A stretch of 64,000 nucleotides of DNA from Candidatus Saccharimonadales bacterium (lineage in GTDB: Bacteria; Patescibacteriota; Saccharimonadia; Saccharimonadales; UBA10212), in the NCBI GenBank assembly GCA_035480715.1, contig DATIHL010000007.1, positions 5,828-69,827 on the forward strand, in the 5' to 3' direction. Positions within the stretch are counted from its first letter, which is position 1. Each line of letters starts with the position of its first letter. Of this stretch, positions 1-8,107 are shown one piece after another. Below the pieces are notes generated by a model that ran no database searches, was not told where the DNA came from, and worked only from the letters and a program-made list of their open reading frames with translations. The translations under genes and the position numbers were made by a program.

Positions 1-192
1 TGTGCCAATAATAAGCAGCAGATACCAGCTGGCACCTCTATCGTGGTCTATATATTCAGAGGCTGTCCAGGAAAAAGAAGTGTCTTTTGGTGGTTTAGCT
101 GCCGAGTTGTTTGAAGATGATTGAGGAGCTGGGGCTTCAGCCACAGCCGCGCTGCCAGAAGGCTTATAGAAATCTTCGGCATTCGGTTCCAT
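1..192 (-). CDS. hypothetical membrane protein, N-terminal fragment (gene runs off the left edge)
   Basis: Not in the supplied track because the edge truncates it. The reverse strand has ATG at 192-190 and stays open to base 1: MEPNAEDFYKPSGSAAVAEAPAPQSSSNNSAAKPPKDTSFSWTASEYIDHDRGASWYLLLIIGT, ending as it enters a hydrophobic helix. No family recognised. Confidence 0.4.
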   Translation of the reverse strand, partial: MEPNAEDFYKPSGSAAVAEAPAPQSSSNNSAAKPPKDTSFSWTASEYIDHDRGASWYLLLIIGT

Positions 193-237
193 AAGCGTTA
201 TTGTAGTTGATTTGCAGCCAGAAAACTATGTTGGGCG

Positions 238-330
238 TGGCGGAGAGGGAGGGATTTGAACCCTCGCGGGGGCTTTCGCCCCCCTAACGATTTAGCAAAC
301 CGTCCCCTTCAGCCACTTGGGTACCTCTCC
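238..330 (-). tRNA. tRNA-Ser (anticodon GCU), class II with long variable arm, CCA encoded
   Basis: The reverse complement folds by hand. Acceptor is GGAGAGG/CCTCTCC with discriminator G and CCA. Anticodon stem is ACGGT/ATCGT with loop TTGCTAA, giving anticodon GCT. The variable arm is long (GGGGGCGAAAGCCCCC) and the T arm is GAGGG-TTCAAAT-CCCTC. Confidence 0.9.
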
Positions 331-343
331 GTATTAACTTGGC

Positions 344-430
344 TGGCGGAAGGGGTGGGATTCGAACCCACGAAGCTTTCGCTTACCTGTTTTCAAGACA
401 GGCGCACTAGACCAACTATGCGACCCTTCC
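344..430 (-). tRNA. tRNA-Ser (anticodon UGA), class II, CCA encoded
   Basis: In the reverse complement the acceptor is GGAAGGG/CCCTTCC followed by G and CCA. Anticodon stem is CCTGT/ACAGG with loop CTTGAAA, giving anticodon TGA. Variable arm is AAGCGAAAGCTT and the T arm is GTGGG-TTCGAAT-CCCAC. It lies 13 nt from the first tRNA-Ser. Confidence 0.9.
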
Positions 431-481
431 GTATCTATTTTAGCTGGGTAAGTATAACAATAAAACCCCTTGTAAACCAAT

Positions 482-1174
482 CTACAGCCGCTTGGCAAAC
501 ACAACGGCGTCGACCCGAGCAGCTCCGGCTGCACGTAAGGCTTTAGTAGCCGCCCGTATGGTGGCGCCGGTCGTTACAACATCGTCAATCAATAAAATAT
601 TTTTTCCGGATAAAAGATTTGGGTAACGTACCAGATATTTTCCTTCGGGCTGAGTCAGTCGCACAGACCGCGCAGCGCCTAGTTGCCTGGTCTGGCCCAA
701 GCGTATCAAAGCATTCATATATTTTAGATTGAGTCTTCGAGCAATTTGGCGGGTCAGCAGAGCAGAGTGGTCAAAACTTCTTCGGCGAACCCTGCTGGTA
801 GCCGTGGGGACCGATACAACCAAGTAATTGAGCGATTGTAAAGTTTCAGAATAATTAAAATCTAAGAGTGTCGCTACCATAATATTCGCTAGAGAATCGG
901 CAGCAGCACGCTGATGGCCGAATTTATAAACTTTAACCAGCTCGCGAGCCGCATTTTCGTAGTTAGTACTGACCCAAACATAGCGCGGGGCACCAGGTCG
1001 GCAACGCTCGCAAGTACGCCCACCTGGGCTCACTACTCCACACCCGAAACAACGCTCGCCGTAAGGTACGATTTCTGTGTTTGAACAAGCGACACAAAGA
1101 GTAGATCCTTCTATCTCACAAATTACACAAGCGGGTGGCGCGATCAAACCAATAACGGAATCTAGTAAGCTCAT
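482..1174 (-). CDS. comF: ComF-family phosphoribosyltransferase (ComFC-like competence protein)
   Basis: The N-terminus has CxxC...CxxC zinc-finger cysteines (PPACVICE..CVAC..CFGC..CERC). The C-terminus has the PRTase motif ILLIDDVVTTGATI. The track ORF extends to 1240, but the start at MSLLDSVIGLIAPPAC (ATG 1174) fits the family better. Confidence 0.8.
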   Translation of the reverse strand: MSLLDSVIGLIAPPACVICEIEGSTLCVACSNTEIVPYGERCFGCGVVSPGGRTCERCRPGAPRYVWVSTNYENAARELVKVYKFGHQRAAADSLANIMVATLLDFNYSETLQSLNYLVVSVPTATSRVRRRSFDHSALLTRQIARRLNLKYMNALIRLGQTRQLGAARSVRLTQPEGKYLVRYPNLLSGKNILLIDDVVTTGATIRAATKALRAAGAARVDAVVFAKRL

Positions 1175-1304
1175 ACCGCTTATGTTGTGTAAAATATGTT
1201 GTAAATCGTAGGAATGGCGTTGCGCGCACTCATAGAGCAAGTTATACTAGTTTTAAAATAAAGAAGCAAACATAAGAATTACTCTTAAATTGGAGGATAT
1301 AAAG

Positions 1305-1775
1305 ATGGCTCGAGGCAGCCAACAACAGGATGACTTGTTAATGGGCGATGATATTACAGCCGCTTTTTTGAGTGAAGACGAGGTGCCGGCACCTGACGAT
1401 ACGGCCGTTGCCGATCAAGCCCAAGTGGAAGAAGAGTGGGAAGATGAGCCAGCCGGCCAGCTAGCAGTTGACGTTTATGAGACTAAAGAAAAATTGGTAG
1501 TCAAGGGCCGCGTGGCAGGAGTTAATAAGAGCGACCTAGACGTCAGTATTTCTGATAACACATTGACAGTACGAGGCACTTTAAGTGCCGGCAATGAAGA
1601 CAATGTGGAAAACTACTTTCTCCAGGAATGTTATTGGGGCGAATTTAGCCGCAGCATCGTGCTGCCGGTTCCGGTAAAAGAAGAAGAAATTGAAGCCGTG
1701 CTAAAAGACGGCGTCCTTACAATCAGCTTCGCCAAAGTAAAGCAGGATACAGTCAAGAAGATCGAAGTTCTATAG
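1305..1775 (+). CDS. Hsp20/alpha-crystallin family small heat-shock protein
   Basis: The alpha-crystallin domain reads LAVDVYETKEKLVVKGRVAGVNKSDLDVSISDNTLTVRG...FSRSIVLPVPV..EIEAVLKDGVLTISFAKV. ATG 1305 follows GGAGG at 1292-1296. The track's TTG at 1290 is less likely. Confidence 0.9.
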   Translation: MARGSQQQDDLLMGDDITAAFLSEDEVPAPDDTAVADQAQVEEEWEDEPAGQLAVDVYETKEKLVVKGRVAGVNKSDLDVSISDNTLTVRGTLSAGNEDNVENYFLQECYWGEFSRSIVLPVPVKEEEIEAVLKDGVLTISFAKVKQDTVKKIEVL

Positions 1776-1799
1776 TTAGATAATCTTAAATAGAAATAT

Positions 1800-1823
1800 A
1801 AAACACCTCAAATGAGGTGTTTT
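1800..1823. terminator. bidirectional intrinsic terminator hairpin between hsp20 (+) and the first pilin-like gene (-)
   Basis: AAAACACCTC-AAAT-GAGGTGTTTT is a perfect inverted repeat flanked by T-runs on both strands. It sits between two convergent stop codons (1775 and 1828). Confidence 0.7.
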
Positions 1824-1827
1824 ATAT

Positions 1828-2247
1828 TTAGCTTGTAACTTGTTTTAGGACGAACCTAACCAAGACTTGGGCTAGAGCTACGATGATTAAGCCTATAACT
1901 GCATAGAGGATAGTATTTTTGGCACTTGTTACACCTGTATCGCTACCGCCGCTGGTGATATAGCGCAGGCCGCCCACAATAATCATAATTACAGCTACTA
2001 CGCCCACTATCAGCGATAGAAGGTTAATTACCGTATGGATAAGATTATTGATCTTGGCCGTAGCATCACTCGTACCGCTACAATCGCCAGTAGGATTATC
2101 AGTAAAGTGCAATTCAGCACCGGCGCATAATCCACTGTTAATCTGCTGCTGGCCGGTTTGAGCATAGGCTGGTATAGACTGACCCAAGAATAGTAAGCCG
2201 GACAAGCAACCAATACTTAGGTACAGCCTCATAAGAAATCTTGTCAT
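1828..2247 (-). CDS. T4SS pilin-like protein (VirB2/TrbC-type), paralogue 1
   Basis: 139 aa. It has a signal-like N-terminus ending ..SIPAYA, then a two-Cys variable loop (CAGAELHFTDNPTGDC). The conserved two-helix module follows: INLLSLIVGVVAVIMIIVGGLRYITSGG..AKNTILYAVIGLIIVALAQVLVRFVL. Confidence 0.65.
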   Translation of the reverse strand: MTRFLMRLYLSIGCLSGLLFLGQSIPAYAQTGQQQINSGLCAGAELHFTDNPTGDCSGTSDATAKINNLIHTVINLLSLIVGVVAVIMIIVGGLRYITSGGSDTGVTSAKNTILYAVIGLIIVALAQVLVRFVLKQVTS

Positions 2248-2290
2248 GGTTATTTTTAGAGTACAGTTAAATTAACTGAAAAAGCAAGTT

Positions 2291-2740
2291 CTAGGTAGCT
2301 TGCGTAGTCTTTTGTAGTACAAACCTGACGATGACTTGGGCTAGGGCTACGATAATCAAGCCGATTAAGGCATAGAGTATGGTATTTTTGGCAGCAGTAA
2401 CTTTCTCGCTGGAACCGCCACTAGTGATGTAGCGGAAGCCGCCAACGACGATCATGATTACGGCAATCACACCGACAATTACTGATAAAATATTGATTAT
2501 TTTGGTAATTATATTATTGAAATTACTAGTAGTATCTTCGACGGTACAGGTTGTAGAGCCGGTACTGCCTAGGTTTGAAGGAATGGTTTGCGAGAAGTCG
2601 CCGTTGGCTGTAGTACAAACTTGCCCGGTAATTGGGCTATTGGCAGTTTGGGCGTTAACCGCAACGGGCACAGCTAGTGGTACCGCTACCACCAATGCAG
2701 CGCTGAGAGACATTAACGTGTTTTTAATTTTTTGTAACAT
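2291..2740 (-). CDS. T4SS pilin-like protein, paralogue 2
   Basis: 149 aa. Signal-like N-terminus (..VAVNA) and a two-Cys loop (CTTANGDFSQTIPSNLGSTGSTTC). The C-terminal module is INILSVIVGVIAVIMIVVGGFRYITSGG..AKNTILYALIGLIIVALAQVIVRFVL. Confidence 0.65.
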   Translation of the reverse strand: MLQKIKNTLMSLSAALVVAVPLAVPVAVNAQTANSPITGQVCTTANGDFSQTIPSNLGSTGSTTCTVEDTTSNFNNIITKIINILSVIVGVIAVIMIVVGGFRYITSGGSSEKVTAAKNTILYALIGLIIVALAQVIVRFVLQKTTQAT

Positions 2741-2813
2741 TTTGGTTAGTTCCTTTATTTGGTTTATCTAATTACCTATAAGTATATATGCACTTTTATG
2801 TTAGTCAAGATGC

Positions 2814-3245
2814 TTATACTTTAGTGGTTTTGGCTAGCACGAACCGGACGATGACTTGGGCTAGAGCTACGATGATTAAGCCAATAATCGCGTATAGTAG
2901 CGTGCTTTTAGCTGATGATATTTTATCGGAAGAACCACCGCTGGTAATATACCGAAAACCAGCAATCACTATCATGATTACGGCAATAACAGCGACGATT
3001 ACAGAGATAAGATTAATAATCTCGGTAATAATAGTATTGAACGTTTTAGTTTCAGCAGTCCCGGTGGGACATGCTGCCGCGGTCCCTTCAAGATGAAGGT
3101 TTTGCGCTCCAGAGCAAACTCCTTGTTGAACCGCGTCAGCTGCCAAAGCCGACACGGGGAGTAAAAGATTGAAACTTAACAAAAACGCTAATGCTAGCAT
3201 GGAAGCTTTTATTTTATTAATCATTTTGATCCTATCTATACTCAT
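2814..3245 (-). CDS. T4SS pilin-like protein, paralogue 3
   Basis: 143 aa (an alternative ATG at 3224 is possible). Signal-like N-terminus and two-Cys loop (CSGAQNLHLEGTAAAC). It carries the same C-terminal module. A 29-bp stretch at 2854-2882 is identical to 1865-1893 in paralogue 1. Confidence 0.65.
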   Translation of the reverse strand: MSIDRIKMINKIKASMLALAFLLSFNLLLPVSALAADAVQQGVCSGAQNLHLEGTAAACPTGTAETKTFNTIITEIINLISVIVAVIAVIMIVIAGFRYITSGGSSDKISSAKSTLLYAIIGLIIVALAQVIVRFVLAKTTKV

Positions 3246-3247
3246 AA

Positions 3248-3637
3248 TTATTGTATTACTTTGCCAAGCACAAACTTAACAATCGTCTCTGCTAGGGCTA
3301 CTATAACCAGCCCTATAAGGGCATAGATAATGGTCTTTTTAGCGCTAGCCACGGCTTGGTCATTGCCACCGCTGGTAATATAGCGAAATGCTCCAATCAC
3401 TAACATAATCACAGCTACTATTCCAACTACTGTAGACAAAATGTTGATTATAGCATCTAAGGTTTTATCTAGACTGCCGGTTGGAGCTGCAGCTGTACAA
3501 CCCTGACCAGCTGCGGCATTAATGCCGCACTGTATATCGCTTTTTGTAGCTGTGGCAGCTAAAACAAGGTTGCTCGAGGCAAAGATTGAAATGGCAGAGA
3601 TTGCTGTGAATAGTAATATACTTTTTATTTTATTCAT
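3248..3637 (-). CDS. T4SS pilin-like protein, paralogue 4
   Basis: 129 aa. Signal-like N-terminus (..NLVLA) and two-Cys loop (CGINAAAGQGC). The module is INILSTVVGIVAVIMLVIGAFRYITSGG..AKKTIIYALIGLVIVALAE. Confidence 0.65.
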   Translation of the reverse strand: MNKIKSILLFTAISAISIFASSNLVLAATATKSDIQCGINAAAGQGCTAAAPTGSLDKTLDAIINILSTVVGIVAVIMLVIGAFRYITSGGNDQAVASAKKTIIYALIGLVIVALAETIVKFVLGKVIQ

Positions 3638-3644
3638 CGTTTTA

Positions 3645-4061
3645 TCATTGAATCACTTTATCAACTACAAATCTAGTGATAGTCCAAGCCAGAGCTACTA
3701 CTACAATCCCAATAAGTGCATATATAATTTGACGCCGGGCACCAGCTGCCTGTTCAGCGTTACCGGCGGCTGTAGCATACCTGAGCCCACCAATAATTAT
3801 CATGATAACTGCTATAACGCCCGTAACAACGGCAATAACATTAGCAGCTACACTAATGACGCCGTTAGGCCCAGCGATCGGATCTGTAGTGCCTTGTTGC
3901 TTAGCTTGAGTACAGACATTACTATTAGCTCCGTTACATGCCTGGCCAAATAAACATGCCTGGCCTTTACAGGCTTGCGCCTTAGCAACTGACGCGACGG
4001 AAACCATTGACGTGACTAAAATAAGTGCTAAAACCATTATCTTCAAGATTTTTATCATCAT
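3645..4061 (-). CDS. T4SS pilin-like protein, paralogue 5
   Basis: 138 aa. Signal-like N-terminus and a four-Cys region (ACKGQACLFGQACNGANSNVC). The module is diverged: VTGVIAVIMIIIGGLRYATAAG..ARRQIIYALIGIVVVALAW. Confidence 0.6.
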   Translation of the reverse strand: MMIKILKIMVLALILVTSMVSVASVAKAQACKGQACLFGQACNGANSNVCTQAKQQGTTDPIAGPNGVISVAANVIAVVTGVIAVIMIIIGGLRYATAAGNAEQAAGARRQIIYALIGIVVVALAWTITRFVVDKVIQ

Positions 4062-4339
4062 AGTCGTACTACTACAAAATTAACTATGGCTGCAGCCGAA
4101 GCTGCAATGATCAGGCCAATAAGCGCATAGATGAGCATGTTTTTGGCCTCGGCTATTTTATTAGGCTCACCCTGAGCAAATACGTAACGCAGTCCAGCAA
4201 TTACTATCATTAGAAACGCCAATGCGCCAACGATAATAAATATAATATTTAAAATTTTAGTAATGTCGTCTTGTGTGGCGTCATTATGATGGGGAAGGTT
4301 ATTCGCGTTAAGAAGTCCTTGTGCGATGTAATTAATCAT
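4058..4339 (-). CDS. T4SS pilin-like protein, short paralogue 6 (no signal peptide or Cys loop)
   Basis: 93 aa. It has only a short polar N-terminus followed by the two-helix module IVGALAFLMIVIAGLRYVFAQGE..AKNMLIYALIGLIIAASA. It overlaps paralogue 5 by 4 nt. Confidence 0.55.
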   Translation of the reverse strand: MINYIAQGLLNANNLPHHNDATQDDITKILNIIFIIVGALAFLMIVIAGLRYVFAQGEPNKIAEAKNMLIYALIGLIIAASAAAIVNFVVVRL

Positions 4340-4348
4340 TATGGTTAT

Positions 4349-4732
4349 TTATGTTAGTGTATTGGCGAGAAATGCCACCAGGCCAGTGGCAATCAAGGCT
4401 ATCGCTAGACCTATTAAGGAATTATACAAGCGTTTACGTGCAGCAGCAGCCTTTTCTGGTTCGCCGGTAGCAGTAATATACATTATCCCTGCGATTATTA
4501 TCGATATAACTGCTACAAAACCAGCGAGTCGAACTAGCATGTCCAAGACCGCTAAACCGATCAACCAGAAGTCATTGATGTTAAAGCCGCTAACAGTAGG
4601 TGTGCAATCTGGCCCTAAATTCAAATATTTGTACCAGGTCGGCAGGAAAAAAAAGAACCTAGTTTTATTACCGCAATCCACCGCAAAAACAAATGGTAAA
4701 TATTTTATAAGCGCTATTGCGGGTAAAATCAT
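4349..4732 (-). CDS. T4SS pilin-like protein, divergent paralogue 7
   Basis: 127 aa. The N-terminal part is different, with two Cys (VDCGNKTRFFFFLPTWYKYLNLGPDC). A two-helix module follows: VAVISIIIAGIMYITATGE..ARKRLYNSLIGLAIALIATG. Confidence 0.55.
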   Translation of the reverse strand: MILPAIALIKYLPFVFAVDCGNKTRFFFFLPTWYKYLNLGPDCTPTVSGFNINDFWLIGLAVLDMLVRLAGFVAVISIIIAGIMYITATGEPEKAAAARKRLYNSLIGLAIALIATGLVAFLANTLT

Positions 4733-4735
4733 TAC

Positions 4736-5014
4736 TTAAAATACCCCTTGTCCCGGTATAAGCCACTTTATAAATGCATACACGAAAATGAATGCAAAAA
4801 GTGCAATTAAGGCATTTGTGATTCGTTGTTTTGCAGATTGTATACCATTTGGATTGTCGCCAGATGCGGCGTATTGGATACCGCCTAGTATTATTGCACC
4901 GACAACCACAACTCCTACTCCAATGGCCAGAAAATCTACGAATTTTTGAATGTCGTTCCAAATAAACTGACTATCATCGGCAAAATTATGGCTCACAATT
5001 TTTAATATTTGCAT
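4736..5014 (-). CDS. T4SS pilin-like protein, short paralogue 8
   Basis: 92 aa and first in the minus-strand operon. The module is IGVGVVVVGAIILGGIQYAASGD..AKQRITNALIALFAFIFVYA. It has no signal peptide. Confidence 0.5.
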   Translation of the reverse strand: MQILKIVSHNFADDSQFIWNDIQKFVDFLAIGVGVVVVGAIILGGIQYAASGDNPNGIQSAKQRITNALIALFAFIFVYAFIKWLIPGQGVF

Positions 5015-5090
5015 TTTTATACGTTAACTTGATTAAAACTATACCATAACTTGACATAGTGCATTCAAGTTTTTCAATGCCAGTTACAGA

Positions 5091-5119
5091 TTGTCGATTT
5101 ATAATGCTTATGATATAGT
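5091..5119 (+). promoter_or_regulatory. candidate sigma70-type promoter for the VirB6-like gene
   Basis: TTGTCG (5091-5096), a 17-nt spacer and TATAGT (5114-5119), about 30 nt upstream of ATG 5151 in the divergent intergenic region. This is a pattern match only. Confidence 0.3.
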
Positions 5120-5150
5120 GCTGGTAAATATATAGATGTAGAACAAACAG

Positions 5151-7979
5151 ATGAGCATCAGACAAAAATTTGGAATTGGGCTAGTGTTACTTTTAACGCT
5201 TACTGCAGTGAGTATTTTTCTGCCCAAAAAAGCTTCTGCTGCTACATTGTCAGATGCGTCCTTTAAATCCCCGACAGCAACATACAATGTGACTGCTACC
5301 TATAAAGCTAGTGATGGCTCGTCCTACTACCCAAGCGATCTTCTGTTATTCATATCAGGCGTAACTCCTCTAACTGGTCAGTTGTTTTTTAATGATAGCA
5401 ATACCTCAGATGGAACTTACCAGTTAAAGTTTAATGGCAACACTTATGTTTGCCCGGGAGCTACGATTGATGTAAACAAAGGTTCTCTACAAGCGATACC
5501 AAATAATGGTGGTACGCAATGGACTGGTGTATTGAACCTTAAGTATGTAACAGATTCTATGGCAAATTGTAGCAATGGATCGTCTATTACATTAGCTCCC
5601 ACAACTATTACGCTTGTGGATAAAAGCACCTCGCTATGTAGCGATAGTAGTGCACCGGATGCAAATGGCAAATGCTCCGATGGCAGTGTAGCGCTACCTA
5701 TCGCAAATATACTTAATGGCACTACCCCTTCATGTAGTAACGGCTTTCAAAACCCGCCAGCGTGTGATACTTGTTTAAACGGAACGACGATCACCCCTTG
5801 TACGAGTGACTCACAAACTTCTCCTCCACCGCTAGCTGCCAGCGCCACAGCTACCACTTGCGAGGACGCTTTCAGCTGGTTGTTTGAATGGATAGTTTGC
5901 CCGGCACTGAGAATGACTAGCAACGCAGCAGGAGCGCTGAATGATTTCATTGAAGGACAACTATGCGTGAACTCCGGTGCTAGTACTACAGGAGGGGCAA
6001 CATGTACTAATACAGCTAGTATTTACGGTAGCAATAACCCTGATTCATCACAGGTACACCAGGCATGGGATTCTTTTAGAAAGATTGCCACTGCACTGCT
6101 AGTCATTCTGATGCTGGTGATGGTGATTGCACAGGCTTTTGGCGGCGGACCGTTTGAAGCTTACACCGTCAGGAAAATGCTTCCCAAGATAGTAGCTGCT
6201 GTCATTTTGCTGCAGTTTTCTTTCGTCCTCACTAAATTTGCAATTGATATTTCCAACGACCTAGGGAAGGGTATCCAGGCATTGCTTTACGCGCCATTTG
6301 GCGGCCCTGGCGCTATGGGATTGGATAAACTAGTGGGGCATACTTTAGCTAATCAAAATCAGGGTCTTAACGACTCTGCATTGTTTTTTACTGCATTGGC
6401 GCTTGGTACAGGACTAGCAATAGGTGCTATAAGTTTGCCTCTAATCGCTCTGTTGGCACTTTATGTGTTGCTGGCGCTGTTTACAGCCTTTGTTGTGCTG
6501 GTATTGCGAAAGCTTTTTATTATTCTTCTAATAGTACTTGCCCCAATAGCTTTCGTTCTGTGGATTCTACCAGGCACCGAAAAATACTGGAAAATGTGGA
6601 AGGATAACTTTACCAAACTGCTAATGATGTTCCCGATTATTATGGCACTAATTGCCGCCGGAAGAATTTTTGCCCTTATAACATCCACTTCTCAAACAAC
6701 CGCTCTAATGCCGCATTTGGCAGTCGCGCATCTTGGTCCGCTCCCTGTTCCCTACTTTAGTAAAGTGACCACTTTTATTGACTTGGTTATTGTGCTTTTG
6801 GCGTTTTTTGGCCCATACTACCTGCTGCCTAAAGCATTTACGTGGGGAGGAGCGCTTATGGAGATGAGCGGTAAAGGAGTTAAAGCCGGTCTTGATAAAG
6901 TCGCAAGCCCAGGAAAAGAATATCTTAACTGGCGCCAGGGTATAACACCTTGGAAACAGGCCCGCGCTGCCCGCAGAGCAGAAATAGAGAGGCGATCGAA
7001 AACTGGTTTTTATGAAGGTTTAGCCTCTGGTGGAATCCGTGGTGGTATTAGACGCGCAAGACTCGGTGGCGTCCCAAGGCCTACCAGAGGCGGTATAGAG
7101 AATGAAAGATCACTTCGTGGCAGAATAGTACAGCAAGCCGAAGCCGAAATCGAAAAAAACCGAAGAGAAGAAATTCAACGTGCTACCCTACAATTAATGC
7201 AGCGGGATTTAGCACAATATCATCCCGATGATCATGACCGAATAAGGAGAGCTATTATCAGCGGCGAGACACTCAATGACGTCCACTTAGCACATGAAGA
7301 TACAGTAGATCCGGTAACCGGTGCTGCCATAGCTGGCACGCATGAGTTCAATGGGGCAGAATATGCAGGCACACATGACCATGGATTGCGGGCAGCGCTT
7401 GATAGAGGCGTAGTTCATGGACACTGGAGAGATATAGAATCGTATGTTAGGCGAACTATGGCTAGTGGAGATCAGGAACGAATAGCTGAGCTGCAAGATT
7501 TCTTGCAACAAAATTCGGCAGCTATTGGCGATCAAATGACACATCTTCTTAAAGGTATGAATATTGCCGCTACCAGTAAGCCAGAAAGCATTGTCAAAAT
7601 GAGACAAGAAGAGATAGAAAGCGTATTAGGCACACTCAGTAGTAGAGTAGCCGGCGGAGGCCCAGGGGCTGCTGAAGCTGCGGGCCAGCTAAGTGTCTTT
7701 TTACAGAACTATGCTACTACGGCTGCTGATGGCCGACTGCGCACACAGCTTGATCAAGGTGGAGCCAGAGCAGTAAAGGCTTTTGTAGCTAACGATCCCG
7801 GTATGCTGGATGTGATAAATAACGATCCTGCCCACGGCGGTCTGGATGCTCGCGCAAGGCTAGGGTTGGATACTGTAGACGGAACAGTAGCGCTTGGATT
7901 AGCCGCAGCCGACCCTACTACCGGTACCTCTATGAGAGATCTGCATGCTCGTATTTCTGATACCGGCGTTATTAGATAG
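5151..7979 (+). CDS. VirB6/TrbL/PrgH-like polytopic T4SS membrane protein with a Cys-rich exodomain and a long cytoplasmic tail
   Basis: 942 aa. The signal peptide ends ..KKASA and 12 Cys lie in the first ~290 aa. A block of about 7-8 TM helices spans roughly aa 310-570. An Arg/Glu-rich soluble tail of ~370 aa follows. Its position next to the pilins and upstream of the PrgI/VirB4 genes matches Gram-positive T4SS synteny. No sequence-specific motif was recognised. Confidence 0.55.
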   Translation: MSIRQKFGIGLVLLLTLTAVSIFLPKKASAATLSDASFKSPTATYNVTATYKASDGSSYYPSDLLLFISGVTPLTGQLFFNDSNTSDGTYQLKFNGNTYVCPGATIDVNKGSLQAIPNNGGTQWTGVLNLKYVTDSMANCSNGSSITLAPTTITLVDKSTSLCSDSSAPDANGKCSDGSVALPIANILNGTTPSCSNGFQNPPACDTCLNGTTITPCTSDSQTSPPPLAASATATTCEDAFSWLFEWIVCPALRMTSNAAGALNDFIEGQLCVNSGASTTGGATCTNTASIYGSNNPDSSQVHQAWDSFRKIATALLVILMLVMVIAQAFGGGPFEAYTVRKMLPKIVAAVILLQFSFVLTKFAIDISNDLGKGIQALLYAPFGGPGAMGLDKLVGHTLANQNQGLNDSALFFTALALGTGLAIGAISLPLIALLALYVLLALFTAFVVLVLRKLFIILLIVLAPIAFVLWILPGTEKYWKMWKDNFTKLLMMFPIIMALIAAGRIFALITSTSQTTALMPHLAVAHLGPLPVPYFSKVTTFIDLVIVLLAFFGPYYLLPKAFTWGGALMEMSGKGVKAGLDKVASPGKEYLNWRQGITPWKQARAARRAEIERRSKTGFYEGLASGGIRGGIRRARLGGVPRPTRGGIENERSLRGRIVQQAEAEIEKNRREEIQRATLQLMQRDLAQYHPDDHDRIRRAIISGETLNDVHLAHEDTVDPVTGAAIAGTHEFNGAEYAGTHDHGLRAALDRGVVHGHWRDIESYVRRTMASGDQERIAELQDFLQQNSAAIGDQMTHLLKGMNIAATSKPESIVKMRQEEIESVLGTLSSRVAGGGPGAAEAAGQLSVFLQNYATTAADGRLRTQLDQGGARAVKAFVANDPGMLDVINNDPAHGGLDARARLGLDTVDGTVALGLAAADPTTGTSMRDLHARISDTGVIR

Positions 7980-8018
7980 ACATTTTTCATGCTTTAAAGT
8001 ACTAGAACTAGATCCTAC

Positions 8019-8047
8019 TTGATATATTATGCGTAATATGTTAAAAT
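8019..8047 (+). promoter_or_regulatory. candidate promoter for the GC-rich 4-TM ORF
   Basis: TTGATA (8019-8024), a 17-nt spacer and TAAAAT (8042-8047). The RBS GGGAGGA at 8093-8099 precedes ATG 8108. Confidence 0.35.
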
Positions 8048-8107
8048 ATAGAAAGTCGAAGTTGTTATTTCGGCTTGTTCTTCTTCAACTTTTGGGAGGA
8101 TACAAAG

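Noticed and set aside
256-546. Track ORFs 256-546 (+) and 334-534 (-)
   Set aside because: They lie entirely over the two tRNA-Ser genes and the comF 3' end. They have no RBS and their Arg/Pro-rich composition is typical of a frame read through tRNA sequence.
1290-1304. TTG start at 1290 for hsp20 (track) and the extended N-termini in the track for comF (1240), the hydrolase (15364), fcl (42211) and two GT4 genes (29708, 30787)
   Set aside because: In each case an internal ATG has a better RBS or a family-typical N-terminus, so the shorter models are preferred. The evidence is contextual and not decisive.
2454-4739. Plus-strand ORFs 2454-2771, 2788-3096, 3522-3953 and 4341-4739, and minus-strand ORFs 2028-2213 and 4668-4961
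   Set aside because: These are antisense or out-of-frame shadows of the pilin-like genes. The Ile/Val/Ala-rich helices of the real genes translate to long open frames on the other strand. They have no independent start context or domain pattern.
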